Source: an uncultured cyanobacterium
GTDB lineage: Bacteria > Cyanobacteriota > Cyanobacteriia > Pseudanabaenales > Pseudanabaenaceae
DNA: 64,000 bases
Reading direction: 5' to 3'
NCBI GenBank assembly: GCA_963703315.1
Contig: OY969811.1
Coordinates: 1,312,001 to 1,376,000, forward strand
Made by a program: the position numbers and the translations under genes. Below are positions 10,507 through 21,100 of this stretch, piece by piece (within the stretch, counting starts at the first letter, position 1; every line of letters starts with the position of its first letter). The notes beneath the pieces were generated by a model. That model was not told the origin of the DNA. It saw nothing but the letters and a program-made list of their open reading frames with translations, and searched no databases.

Positions 10507-11748
10507 TTAACTATTTAAACCTGCGATGTCTTCGTATAAAGATAAGTATCGATTAGCCTGCACCTCATTGGCAAACTCTCGTAAACTTTTGGCTCTGGCA
10601 TGAGCCTGCAATTTTTGATGACGATCTTTGTCTTCGAGTACCCAAATAATCCCTTGAGCCAGATCGGTAATTTCAAAGGGAGTTACTAGATAGCCATTTT
10701 GCTGATGATCGACAATATCTCTCACTCCAGTATTACTAAATGCAACCACAGGCGTACCACAAGCCATAGACTCAGAAGCAGTTTGCCCAAAGGCTTCTTG
10801 AATGGATGGCACAATCGTCACATCGGCGGCTGAATAAACTAGTGATAGAGAAAGATCATCTTTGAAATATCCCAAATAATGGGTTTTAAATCCCAAATCG
10901 ATTTCTTTCTCTGGTTTAGATGCGCCAAAAACAACTAGCTCTACGCGATCGCCCCAACCATGTTGAGCAATTTGCTGAAGCGCAGGCTGCAATAGGTGAA
11001 ATCCTTTTCTGGGATCAGAAGTGGGATTAACTGCTCCAAACAGAATTAGCTGCTTATCCTGTGGCAGATTTAGCAACTGACGGGCTATGGATTTATCAAT
11101 TGGTTTATATGTCTCGGTGTCTAGCCCTAAAGGAATTGTTTCTACTCTGGTATTTTGGAAAATTGAGCTAGATTTAGCACAATCTGCCATCCATGAAGAA
11201 GTTGCCACAATAGTTAGGTTGAGATTTTGCCAAGCCTTTATTTTTCTTTGCAAAACCCAGTTAGAGAGATCATTAGGGCGATCGCTACCCAGTTGGGGAC
11301 AGCTACCACAAGATACTTTGTATTTTTCGCATTCTTGGGTATAGACGCAGCCACCCGTAAAGGGCCACATATCATGGAGAGTCCAAACTAGGGGCTTTCT
11401 AAATTTAGGCAATGTCTCAATTTGCAGATAGCCATTACAAACCCAATGTAAATTAATGATATCTGGCTTGATCTGAGCAACCCTTGAGGCAAGGACATCA
11501 GGAAACCATTGAGGAGAGAAAGTGTCGTATTTGTGTTTTGGATAAAGCCGCAGTAGTAGTCCCGACATTGGGGGACCTAATTTAGTCAAGAGTGATTTGT
11601 CAGCCGTGACAGTGCGATCGCTACTAAATTTAGCGCGTACTAGCATTTGCGAAGAGCATCCTATGGACTGCAATCCTTGACTCAATCGATAAGCAGCCCT
11701 TGCGCCTCCATTGTCAATATCAGAGGTACTCAGATGTAAAACTTTCAT
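10507..11748 (-). CDS. GT4 glycosyltransferase (WcaC-like)
   Basis: GGARAAYRL, WTLHDMWPFTGGC, EAFGQTASESMACGTP. Confidence 0.9.
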   Translation of the reverse strand: MKVLHLSTSDIDNGGARAAYRLSQGLQSIGCSSQMLVRAKFSSDRTVTADKSLLTKLGPPMSGLLLRLYPKHKYDTFSPQWFPDVLASRVAQIKPDIINLHWVCNGYLQIETLPKFRKPLVWTLHDMWPFTGGCVYTQECEKYKVSCGSCPQLGSDRPNDLSNWVLQRKIKAWQNLNLTIVATSSWMADCAKSSSIFQNTRVETIPLGLDTETYKPIDKSIARQLLNLPQDKQLILFGAVNPTSDPRKGFHLLQPALQQIAQHGWGDRVELVVFGASKPEKEIDLGFKTHYLGYFKDDLSLSLVYSAADVTIVPSIQEAFGQTASESMACGTPVVAFSNTGVRDIVDHQQNGYLVTPFEITDLAQGIIWVLEDKDRHQKLQAHARAKSLREFANEVQANRYLSLYEDIAGLNS

Positions 11749-11778
11749 ATTTATTAGGGTTTAGTAAAGCGTTATTGC

Positions 11779-12909
11779 TTAGCTAGTTTTTTTAGTCTGC
11801 AATAATCCCTTACGTTCCATCTCCTTCAAAGATTCCTGTAACACCTCTGGTTTAAGTGGCTCTTGATGCAGATACCAATCGAGATACTGCGAGAGTCCAT
11901 CCTTAAGGGAAGTTGGTTCCCATTTGCCTAACTGTGTTTCGTAGTGACTCATGTCGGCAACAGCATGACGAATATCACCGATGCGGAAACGTCCTGAGAT
12001 TTTATAGTCAGCTTTTTTATTGAGAAGCTGGGCGATCGTTTCGACAACATCAATCAGAGTTACAGCTAGTCCACTGCCAACATTGATTGTCGTATTCAAA
12101 GTCTGGTCAGCGGTCATAGATTTAACCACAGCATCAGCAATATCGCCGACAAACACAAAATCTCTCGTCACTAAGCCATCTTCAAAAAGCTCCAATGGCG
12201 TTCCTTGAGAAATGGCATTGGTGAAAATACCAATAATGCCAGTATAGGGATTGCCTAGCTCTTGTTTAGGTCCATACACATTCTGGAACCGTAATGTCAC
12301 CAAGTCGATCGCCTGACTCTCGCAGTAAACTTCTAATAGCTGCTCTTGCCAAAGCTTAGTTAAACCATACACAGAAGTAGGCTTAGTAAGATAGGTTTCG
12401 CGCATGGGCAAGGGATTTAAAATTTCACCCTCAGGGCTACATACTTCCCAAATACCGCTTTGGAGGTTCTCTAGATTTCTGCCCTTAGGATAGAGAACTG
12501 ACTTCCCATCGGTGTAAGCGCCATCACCATAGACAGCACGACTGGAAGATAGAACCACACGGCGAGGCTTATGCTGGAGAGAGGAAATTAGCTCTAATAA
12601 TTTTGCTGTACCGTTGGCATTGTCCTGTACATAGCGACTAATCTCGTACATTGACTGCCCCGTGCCAGTTTGGGCTACTAAATGCACAACAACATCCGTA
12701 CCTTCGATAATCTCTTTGTAATTAGCAATATCCTGAATATCGGCTCTAATACATTGAGCGCGAGCTTTTAACTCTGGCGCGAAATCCTGCGATTTGGTAT
12801 GTACCTGTGGATCGAGAGAGTCAAGCACAATTACTTCAAATTCAGTGGGGATTTTTTCAATCAACCACTTGCCAATAAACCCTGCACCACCAGTAATGAG
12901 AACTTTCAT
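11779..12909 (-). CDS. NAD-dependent epimerase/dehydratase
   Basis: GGAGFIG; YGLTK; RFQNVYGP. Confidence 0.9.
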   Translation of the reverse strand: MKVLITGGAGFIGKWLIEKIPTEFEVIVLDSLDPQVHTKSQDFAPELKARAQCIRADIQDIANYKEIIEGTDVVVHLVAQTGTGQSMYEISRYVQDNANGTAKLLELISSLQHKPRRVVLSSSRAVYGDGAYTDGKSVLYPKGRNLENLQSGIWEVCSPEGEILNPLPMRETYLTKPTSVYGLTKLWQEQLLEVYCESQAIDLVTLRFQNVYGPKQELGNPYTGIIGIFTNAISQGTPLELFEDGLVTRDFVFVGDIADAVVKSMTADQTLNTTINVGSGLAVTLIDVVETIAQLLNKKADYKISGRFRIGDIRHAVADMSHYETQLGKWEPTSLKDGLSQYLDWYLHQEPLKPEVLQESLKEMERKGLLQTKKTS

Positions 12910-12979
12910 AGATATAATTTTTGCTAGTTAATATTGGTTTTTACGAGAATAGGCGGTGTATTGTACCGCCTATCTAAAA

Positions 12980-13897
12980 TTAGTATTTTTTAAATTTAAA
13001 ACTACTCATCGCTAACTCATCTAGTTGTTTATGCTTGATTCGCAAAAACACCTTTCTGAGAAAATAGTAGGGAAAGAAAACGGAAATTTTTGCCTGTTCT
13101 AGCAGAAATGGAACAGTTTTTTCTTGATCCTTAGGCTCCTCAGCTTTAAGGGAATAATCATCCAAAATATTTCCTACTGGGATGCGAAAGCCCCGACGAT
13201 AGACATTCATATAGTTGGAGCCATGCACGACTTCAATCCACAGAGGCTTACAGAAAATCTTTTTCGCAGATTTACATACCTCATAGAGTTCTTTGTGAGG
13301 TCTGCATAGACAGGTATTAAAGGATTCAGGATTGTATTTTTCGATCAAGCTGATGAAATGATTGGCAAGCTCAAAATCAAAGTAGAGCTTCCCTTCAGCT
13401 AGCTGGTAGCCAAAGAAAAAGTTTAATGTCTCTCCATCTTTCGGCTCAAAGTGTTCTTGGATACACTGCACATAGTCTTTGTGAATCGCATCGTCATTAT
13501 CCAGCCAAGTTGTAATCAGGTATTCACAATCACTGGGAATATATTCACGGACAACAGTTCTGACCTCATCAGGAAATGCGCCGTATGGCAGGGGACAATC
13601 TAAATAGACAGGAACAAAGTTTTCCCATGCCTTAGCATAGTCGGCAATTTTTTGCTTGAAAGGCTCTGGGGTATCGACATCAAAAAAAACTAGCCATTTG
13701 AAATTTTGATTAGACTGCTTCGAGACGGATGGAAAACAGTATTGATCAAATAGATTAAATCTCCTTTCAAGCCATGCGGGTTCACATCCTGGTCTGAGTT
13801 CTGGAAAACTTCTAACATTAAACTTGGTTAGAAAAAAATGATTAAACTGTCCCACTTTATTTTGTCCAGCGATTTTTTCAAGATTATGATCAATCAT
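12980..13897 (-). CDS. Putative glycosyltransferase (putative rhamnosyl-transferase family)
   Basis: WLERRFNLFDQYCFPSV..QSNQNFKW; TTWLDNDDAI. Confidence 0.7.
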   Translation of the reverse strand: MIDHNLEKIAGQNKVGQFNHFFLTKFNVRSFPELRPGCEPAWLERRFNLFDQYCFPSVSKQSNQNFKWLVFFDVDTPEPFKQKIADYAKAWENFVPVYLDCPLPYGAFPDEVRTVVREYIPSDCEYLITTWLDNDDAIHKDYVQCIQEHFEPKDGETLNFFFGYQLAEGKLYFDFELANHFISLIEKYNPESFNTCLCRPHKELYEVCKSAKKIFCKPLWIEVVHGSNYMNVYRRGFRIPVGNILDDYSLKAEEPKDQEKTVPFLLEQAKISVFFPYYFLRKVFLRIKHKQLDELAMSSFKFKKY

Positions 13898-14979
13898 CGG
13901 CTAATTCCTGTAATTTCTACTACTTGCCCTGTTTTCGCACTTGAGTAGGCTGCATCTACAATCTGCATATTGATTGCTCCTTCAATACCGCTAGAGATAG
14001 GTGTGTGTTTAGTTTTAATACAGTCAAAAAAATGCGCCATCTGGCGATCGTACATAGATTGGGGGAAATGAGCCTTGCGCGGAAATTTAAAATTTGATTT
14101 TACCTCCACGATTTCTTCTTGTTTCTTGAATTTAGATAGTACACGATTAAAGAGGGAGTGATCTGAACTTTTTGCTTTTTTGCTATTTGGTAGTAGCAAT
14201 CGCGTAGGAAATATCTGTCCAAAACCCTTTTTACCATAAAGCTGTGTCCCTGCAAGGGGGCTATCAACATAGGGTTGACACCAGCCTGATTCAATGTAGG
14301 AGGTTGTGCCATTATCCCAGTTAATGATAATTACACCTGTATCATCGACATCGAAATTTTGATCACAATCTTTATAATATGTGCCGATTTTGGCAAATAC
14401 GCTTACAGGCTGCGGATCGCCAATCAAGAATCTAGTTGTATCGATCGCATGAATACCAACATCAGCGATCGCCCCACCTCCCGCCAATTGCTGATCAGTA
14501 AACCAGCCTTCAGGTCCCCAATGAGTATGCACGCCATAGCCCTTAGTGCGAACAATTTGACCAAGCTGTTCAGCCTGCGATCGCAACCATAAAACCTCTT
14601 CATCAAACCGCCAACAATGGGCGACGACTAAAACAGTTTGCGATCGCAGGCTTGCCTCGATTACTTCAGCACTTTCAATGGCATTAAGCGCCATTGGTTT
14701 CTCTACCATTACGGGAATTTTGGCATTGAGGGCAGCGATCGCCTGTGGGGCGTGTAAGAAATTAGGAGTACCGATCACTAAAGCATCAAATTTGGCTTCA
14801 GCAAGGGCTTCTTCGATGGTTACATATTGATAGGGGATCGAAAATTTTTGAGTGAAGTCAGTGGCTTTATCTAAAAATTTTTCAATTACTGCAACTACTT
14901 CCCCACCTTGATTTTTGACAGCTTGAGCATGAACATGAGCGATATGTCCCGCCCCTGCAATTGCTACTTTGAGAGTCAT
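13894..14979 (-). CDS. Gfo/Idh/MocA oxidoreductase
   Basis: GAGHIA; VEKPMA; GGGAIADVGIHAID. Confidence 0.9.
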   Translation of the reverse strand: MTLKVAIAGAGHIAHVHAQAVKNQGGEVVAVIEKFLDKATDFTQKFSIPYQYVTIEEALAEAKFDALVIGTPNFLHAPQAIAALNAKIPVMVEKPMALNAIESAEVIEASLRSQTVLVVAHCWRFDEEVLWLRSQAEQLGQIVRTKGYGVHTHWGPEGWFTDQQLAGGGAIADVGIHAIDTTRFLIGDPQPVSVFAKIGTYYKDCDQNFDVDDTGVIIINWDNGTTSYIESGWCQPYVDSPLAGTQLYGKKGFGQIFPTRLLLPNSKKAKSSDHSLFNRVLSKFKKQEEIVEVKSNFKFPRKAHFPQSMYDRQMAHFFDCIKTKHTPISSGIEGAINMQIVDAAYSSAKTGQVVEITGISR

Positions 14980-15105
14980 AATATTTCCTTTTTTACTTGA
15001 GAGGTTGTCCTATTGGACATTGGCAAATATTAAAAAATGAGGTTAATCTTAAAAAATAGAAAAAAGTAGAGATTTTTAATTTCCCTCTGGATTAATTTAA
15101 ACTCT

Positions 15106-16212
15106 CTACTTTTTCAGTAACGGCTCAAACTGTTTTAATTGCGATAACCACTCTATGGAAAGACGACAGCCTTCATCAAAGGTAACAACTGGGGCATAGC
15201 CTAAGATTTTCTCGGCTTTGGTAAAAGGAAGCTTATATTGAGATTGCTGCAATTCTGCCATCATTTCATTAACAACGGCTTGTGGTTTTGGCGCGATTTT
15301 CTGGACTGCTTCGACTTCTACTACAGGTTGTGTTTTCTTTCGTTTGGGAATTACATTTTTGAGGTTATCTTTGAGGTCTTCAGGCACTGAGGCGAGAAGT
15401 TTCTGGACAAATTGAGAGTTAGTAATTGCACTGATTAACTCCTGTTTGCGGCTACGCGGAAACTCAGGAATTGGCAGGGTGGGAATCTGGGTGGGATCAA
15501 CGCCAAAGGCTTCCGCAAAAGGACGATAAAAATCAAACCATGTGATCTCTTCGCGATCGCCTACAAAAAATGCTTCCCCATCTGCCTCTGGCGTGGTCAG
15601 CCCTAGTTGGATGCCATGAATGAGATTGTCAATATAGACACTATTACAAACGCCTTTACCCTCATTGATAAAGTAGGCTGTGCCTTGAGAAAGCTGACTT
15701 GCCAAATCTGACACCCAACGCGATCGCGGACCAAAGACCACCCCAGGGCGAAAAATCACTACCTCAACAGAGCCACTTTTCCGTAGTTTCAGGAGCTTGC
15801 GTTCAGCATCAATTTTTGCGGAATGGGCGGCGAATTGCTGTTTTTCGACTAGAGGACTAGCTTCGGTAGTACCGATCGCAGGCGCAGAACGGTGGACAAT
15901 CATCGAACTTAAGTAGACAATACGCTTCACGCCTGCTTTCTGAGCCGCTTTATAGGCAGGTTCTACACTACCGCGTATTAATCCGGGGCTACCCAAGACG
16001 GAGTGAATTACAACATCGCAACCTCTAAAGGCATCTGCTAATTGGGATTGATCAAAGGCACTGGCAATCTGATAGTTTGAGTTTTTTAAGGTTAGGCGAT
16101 CGGCACTAGTTGCAGATCTTACAATTGGGCATATTTCATGACCTTGAGCATGAAATATCTCGGCGGCTCGATTACCAACAAAGCCACTAGCTCCCACAAT
16201 CCCAATTTTCAT
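15106..16212 (-). CDS. NAD-dependent epimerase/dehydratase (atypical SDR)
   Basis: Likely start MKIGIVGASGFVG at 16212; RPGVVFGP; HSAK replaces YxxxK. Confidence 0.8.
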   Translation of the reverse strand: MKIGIVGASGFVGNRAAEIFHAQGHEICPIVRSATSADRLTLKNSNYQIASAFDQSQLADAFRGCDVVIHSVLGSPGLIRGSVEPAYKAAQKAGVKRIVYLSSMIVHRSAPAIGTTEASPLVEKQQFAAHSAKIDAERKLLKLRKSGSVEVVIFRPGVVFGPRSRWVSDLASQLSQGTAYFINEGKGVCNSVYIDNLIHGIQLGLTTPEADGEAFFVGDREEITWFDFYRPFAEAFGVDPTQIPTLPIPEFPRSRKQELISAITNSQFVQKLLASVPEDLKDNLKNVIPKRKKTQPVVEVEAVQKIAPKPQAVVNEMMAELQQSQYKLPFTKAEKILGYAPVVTFDEGCRLSIEWLSQLKQFEPLLKK

Positions 16213-16341
16213 ATTTTGCCTGAAAGTAAGTTTACAAAAGCATATAAGGAAGCACCACAAAAAATCCTTATTTTCCTGCACTTCCCTTATGCTTCAAATT
16301 AGCATCTCTATACATGGCTATAGTCAAGTACCTGATGATGC

Positions 16342-17976
16342 CTAGATCAAAGTTTTAACATGGTCTGCCAGTCTCAGAGATAGAGCAAGAATCGTGAGTG
16401 TGGGGTTAGAATATCCTGCGGTTGGGAAGACAGAACTGCCTGCTACAAATAAATTAGAGATGCCATGTACTTTGCAGTTAGCATCTACGACTCCTTGCTT
16501 GGGATCGTTATTGATGCGCGTAGAACCAATATGGTGATGCATGGCTAAGTTTTCAAATTTCCAATCTTCTCGCTTCTTGGCAAACTGCAATTTACCTAGT
16601 CCCGCCTTGTCAAACTCCTCAGCCCAAATTTCTTGTACTCGCACTGCATTTTGAATGTCAATTGGATTCAATTTCCAATGCACCTCCACCTTGTTTTGTC
16701 CTAACAAATCTCGCTCTGTCCCCAAGGTGACTCGGTTATTAGGATCAGGCGCTTGTTCAATTTGATAGAAAATCTCAAACTTTGAGAACCTCAGTTTTTC
16801 GTAGGGCAAATAAGACCAATCCCCACGACGGAAACTGGGAATTTTGCGGATCGCTGCCCAGAATCCTGCTGCCACAAGATAATCAGTACCACTTAAAGCT
16901 GTGACCAAATTTTTGGTGATGTCTGACAATGATTGGCGATCGCGTATTGCCGATAGAACCGATCGCAACGCTAAGGTTGCCTCTCTCTGACGCTCTTGGG
17001 GTCTGGGAAATAGCTGAGCGCCATTATTGAGGATATGCTCACGCCGCATCAAATCTTCGGATAGACGTACTCTTGCCATCACAGGAACGCCTTTGGTGCG
17101 GTAGATGTCGTAAAGGGCTGTTTGCTCTAACAGTTTATGGTTATAGGGGATCAGTGAACAGCTTAGGATGGGACGATCCATAAAATATCGACCGACAACA
17201 TCATTTTGGTTTCCTAAGCCCGATGTTTGCTGCTTATTTGATGCCAACAATAAGCGGGCATTTTCAAATCCACCCGTTGCCAAAATAAATATCTTGGCAC
17301 TTAACCAAACTTGTTTATCTTTTGATGCAGCAATCCGTAAACGGGTGACGGTTTGATTACTGTCATCGGTCACAATTTCAACGACGGTGGCATAAATGAT
17401 CGTTGTGATGTTAGGAGTCTGCTTAATTTGCTGTGGATATTCCTCTGTAAATGGATAGCGCAACCCATATTGACTCATCGATGTGCCAATGCGATCGCTT
17501 TTAAAAGGTAACTGCACCGCCCGACGATCTTCCCAATCCTCTGGCTTATAAGAATATGGTCCAATTTGACAAACCTGATGCGCTCGTTCGTAAAAAGGAT
17601 CAAGGTGAGACCTATTAAAAGGCCAGCCACTATAAGGCAACCAATCTCTCTTTTCAAAATCAATCTCATCTAAGGGAAGACAGCGAAATCCATATTCCTT
17701 ATAACCATTCTGTCCTTCCCAAGTATGGGAAGTTCCCCCAACCTGACGCAGCCTTGTATTACTAATTACGGAATAAGGATCACCAATAGCAGTTCCTTCA
17801 CTGAGGGTTTGAATCTCTGGATCAAATTCAAACCCACCACTTTCTAGTAAAGCAACTTGAAAATTTTGATTAGCAAACTCACGAGCGATCGTAAGTCCTG
17901 CTGGTCCAGCACCAATAATACAAACATGGGTTTCTAGATTTTCATCAGGAGGCAGAGATCTTGCATCAATAATCAT
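16342..17976 (-). CDS. GMC-family FAD oxidoreductase
   Basis: IIGAGPAG; HHIGSTR; GSSVFPTAGYSNPTLT. Confidence 0.9.
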   Translation of the reverse strand: MIIDARSLPPDENLETHVCIIGAGPAGLTIAREFANQNFQVALLESGGFEFDPEIQTLSEGTAIGDPYSVISNTRLRQVGGTSHTWEGQNGYKEYGFRCLPLDEIDFEKRDWLPYSGWPFNRSHLDPFYERAHQVCQIGPYSYKPEDWEDRRAVQLPFKSDRIGTSMSQYGLRYPFTEEYPQQIKQTPNITTIIYATVVEIVTDDSNQTVTRLRIAASKDKQVWLSAKIFILATGGFENARLLLASNKQQTSGLGNQNDVVGRYFMDRPILSCSLIPYNHKLLEQTALYDIYRTKGVPVMARVRLSEDLMRREHILNNGAQLFPRPQERQREATLALRSVLSAIRDRQSLSDITKNLVTALSGTDYLVAAGFWAAIRKIPSFRRGDWSYLPYEKLRFSKFEIFYQIEQAPDPNNRVTLGTERDLLGQNKVEVHWKLNPIDIQNAVRVQEIWAEEFDKAGLGKLQFAKKREDWKFENLAMHHHIGSTRINNDPKQGVVDANCKVHGISNLFVAGSSVFPTAGYSNPTLTILALSLRLADHVKTLI

Positions 17977-18065
17977 TAGTGGTGTTTAGTAGTACAAGTT
18001 TTACAATTTCAGGTCAGCAAAGATATTTTTGCATTAACAATTGCTAATGTAAAAATAACCTTAAT

Positions 18066-18120
18066 TAAAGACTAAGTAAGAGTGGCGGTACTTCGCGCCG
18101 CCACTCTTACTTAGTCTTTA
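18066..18120. repeat. Intergenic triloop palindrome with a GAGTGGCGG core; same core at 45568-45600 and 49435-49483
   Basis: TAAAGACTAAGTAAGAGTGGCG...CGCCACTCTTACTTAGTCTTTA. Confidence 0.75.
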
Positions 18121-18122
18121 TA

Positions 18123-19928
18123 TTAATCATCTTGATAATCGTGCTTTTGTCCTTCTATCACAATTTCCTGATAACTACCAGATCTGACAATTTGACCATT
18201 ACTCATTTCATAAATGCGATCGCAATGCTCAACTGTTGTTAAGCGGTGGGCAATGACGATCATCGTTTTGGTGCGTCCCAATTCTCTTAATGCTTCACCA
18301 ATTAAACTTTCAGTTTCATTGTCTAAGGCAGAGGTCGCCTCATCTAATACTAGGATTTCGCGCTCATAGTAAAGCGCACGAGCAATCCCAATTCTCTGAC
18401 GTTGACCTCCCGATAGTCTTACCCCATTTTCACCGACAAAGGTATGTACACCTTCAGGTAACTGTTCGATTAACTCTGAAAGCTGGGCAGTTTTAATTGC
18501 TTTATCTAGCTTTTGCTTATCAATTTGATCATCGGGCAAGCCAAAGGCAATATTTCTTTCGATAGTGTCATCCATCAAGAAAATTGACTGGGGAATATAG
18601 CCAATCAAATTTTGCCAAGCGCGGAGATCGCTGTACACAGATAAACCATCAACTTGAATATCTCCAGACTGAGGTATCAATAAGCCCAAAAACACATCAC
18701 TAAGAGTGGTCTTACCTGCGCCCGACTTGCCAATTAAAGCGATCGATTCTCCCTTACGAATTGTCAAAGAAACATCTGCTAAAGCTTGTCTAGCTGCCCC
18801 TGGGTAAGAATAATTAAGCTTATCAATCACCAGTTTGTCTGTAAAAGGATGAACTTGATTATTGTTTGCGGCATCTGCTTTATTACCAGACATACCTAAA
18901 TATTTTAGGGACTCTGGAGTTTCTAATTCCTTCAAATCTAAGTAAAGGCGATCAAGAGTTGGTTTATTGTTTCGCAGTACTCCCATGCAAGTTAACAATT
19001 GACTAGCCGATGGAATAATTCGTACTGAGGCGATCGCGAAAATACCTAAAACAGAAACCAGACTATCAGAGCGTTCGACAATAATTAATGATAGCGATAC
19101 AAAACCAACTACAAATGTGATTAACAATGTTTCGATCACAATGCGCGGTAGTTGCTGAAAAGAATGAAATAGACTAGCTGCTCTTGCATATTTATTAGAC
19201 TGAGCAAGTAGCTGATTTTCAAAAAAACTTTCGCAGCCAATTAATTTTGTAGTTTTCAATCCCCCGATCGCATGATTAACCACTCGAATTGTTTCTGTAT
19301 TTGCCTCTACACCTGCTTTTCCCCAACTCGCAACTTTATGTCTAAAATAATGAAATGGAACAACTACAATTAGCAATAACCCGAATATACTTACTGTTGC
19401 CAATAAATCTGTTTTTGCCATTAATAACAAAAGCACAACTAGAACAAATAAGTTAGCGATCGAGTTGAGAAGTGGAATCGCGATCGAGTAGGTAAAATTC
19501 GCTGATTCACCACTAATATTTTGGATGACATGAGCAGAATTCGTCTTTAAGTAAAATGTATAGGGAAGTGATAAATAGGTACATAACATTCTTAAACGTA
19601 GTAATACCTGTTGAGAATAGCAGAACTTTAAGACATAGTTTTGTATTTGATAATAGAGGAATGACTTAAAATAAAAAAGTATAACAACAGCCAAACCTAA
19701 TAAAGCAATAAATTGGTTGATACTACTTAACTTTAGATATCCATAAAGATTAGATAGCCAGACATTACCTTGGATTGTTTCTGGCTTTACCGCTAAACCA
19801 ATAAATGGACCAATTAGTCCAATTCCTACAGCATCTAACAGAGAGATAGTTATAAAAAGAGTTACAATCAGTAAAAGTTTGGTTTTTTTAGCAGATATAA
19901 CAAACAGAAATTTTGATAAGTAATCCAT
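18123..19928 (-). CDS. ABC transporter permease/ATPase (HepA/PglK-like polysaccharide exporter)
   Basis: N-terminal TMD; GKSGAGKT; LSGGQRQR; LVLDEATSALD. Confidence 0.85.
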   Translation of the reverse strand: MDYLSKFLFVISAKKTKLLLIVTLFITISLLDAVGIGLIGPFIGLAVKPETIQGNVWLSNLYGYLKLSSINQFIALLGLAVVILFYFKSFLYYQIQNYVLKFCYSQQVLLRLRMLCTYLSLPYTFYLKTNSAHVIQNISGESANFTYSIAIPLLNSIANLFVLVVLLLLMAKTDLLATVSIFGLLLIVVVPFHYFRHKVASWGKAGVEANTETIRVVNHAIGGLKTTKLIGCESFFENQLLAQSNKYARAASLFHSFQQLPRIVIETLLITFVVGFVSLSLIIVERSDSLVSVLGIFAIASVRIIPSASQLLTCMGVLRNNKPTLDRLYLDLKELETPESLKYLGMSGNKADAANNNQVHPFTDKLVIDKLNYSYPGAARQALADVSLTIRKGESIALIGKSGAGKTTLSDVFLGLLIPQSGDIQVDGLSVYSDLRAWQNLIGYIPQSIFLMDDTIERNIAFGLPDDQIDKQKLDKAIKTAQLSELIEQLPEGVHTFVGENGVRLSGGQRQRIGIARALYYEREILVLDEATSALDNETESLIGEALRELGRTKTMIVIAHRLTTVEHCDRIYEMSNGQIVRSGSYQEIVIEGQKHDYQDD

Positions 19929-20167
19929 TAAACAACATATCCCTAATGATAGATTTCTTTAGCAAAGACTGGGTTTTTGAAGACAAATAAAGACTATTGT
20001 ACAAGAAAAATCTAGTGTTTACCCTTAATCAAAGGACTAAATGAAAGTATTAGGTAAGAAATTTGAGATAAACCTCAAATTCGTCTTTGCACTTACCACA
20101 GCTAATTAAAACCTAGTAATTTCATGTGATTAGGATTTGTAGTAATTATTACTCACCGAATAGCTAT

Positions 20168-20262
20168 TATAGTGCTTTTCAAGCAAGCGAGGTACATAGG
20201 ATTGTTTCCCCGCCGAAGGCGGGGAAACAATCTTGTACTTCACTAGACTGAAAAGCACTATA
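20168..20262. mobile_element. MITE-like family 2 (~95 bp); other copies at ~25555-25648 (inverted) and 34088-34182
   Basis: TATAGTGCTTTTCA...TGAAAAGCACTATA ends; central GATTGTTTCCCCGCC-GAA-GGCGGGGAAACAATC. Confidence 0.75.
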
Positions 20263-20275
20263 TTGTTCCTGAAGA

Positions 20276-20932
20276 TTAAAATAGAACTGCTTTTCGCAAG
20301 TAAAAAGCTTCTGCGTAGCTATTTGGTGCGTTTGATTGAACACCACGCAACCTCAAGAGTGATATAAAAGTTTCTTCGGTAAACCATTGTTTATTGGCTT
20401 GAGTTGCAAAATATTGCATCAAATGAGTGATTTTTTGCTGACACATCACTTTGTCTAAATGCACAAAAAAGTTAGGATTACCTAGATCTCCGTCATATTT
20501 TGGAATTTCATATTCTAGGATCAGGTGATTCCGAAAAGCATTCCAAGTTAAATCAGAAATCAATCGGTGATCTTGGTGTAAGTCTTTGTGATAATGAGTT
20601 AGAACTAAGTCTGGGGATACATCCTTACTTAACTGATCAAAAAATTCTTTGATCTCCATACCAATATAAGGAAAAAAGCGATCGCGAAACCCCTTAATTA
20701 CGATGGTTTTGTGTTCCACGTCTTTTAAAAAAGCATGGGCACTGGTCAAAGCCTCTTCCTGACGCTTATCGGTTGCACCAAAAACGACCCAGTAAATACT
20801 GATATCTGGATAAGTTTCAATCAGTTTGAGAATTGTCCCACCACAACCAATTTCAATATCATCACTGTGGGCACCTAGACAAAGGACTTTGTGAATTGGA
20901 TTTTGATGATTATTATTTAACAGATTAATCAT
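20276..20932 (-). CDS. PIG-L/LmbE family deacetylase
   Basis: AHSDDIEIGCGGT; HQDH. Confidence 0.85.
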   Translation of the reverse strand: MINLLNNNHQNPIHKVLCLGAHSDDIEIGCGGTILKLIETYPDISIYWVVFGATDKRQEEALTSAHAFLKDVEHKTIVIKGFRDRFFPYIGMEIKEFFDQLSKDVSPDLVLTHYHKDLHQDHRLISDLTWNAFRNHLILEYEIPKYDGDLGNPNFFVHLDKVMCQQKITHLMQYFATQANKQWFTEETFISLLRLRGVQSNAPNSYAEAFYLRKAVLF

Positions 20933-21100
20933 AGAGATTCCGCAAACAGGTGGCAGCTAGTTAAGGGGAGCAACTCAGATTCTCATAGCTAAAAAGTGAA
21001 GTTTTTGAAAGAAATCGAATTTTACCAGATTTTCCATAGTAGCGTTCCTACTTTCTAACACTTTGGGCTGTTAGTTGTCTCAGTCGCACATCGAGTCTCT

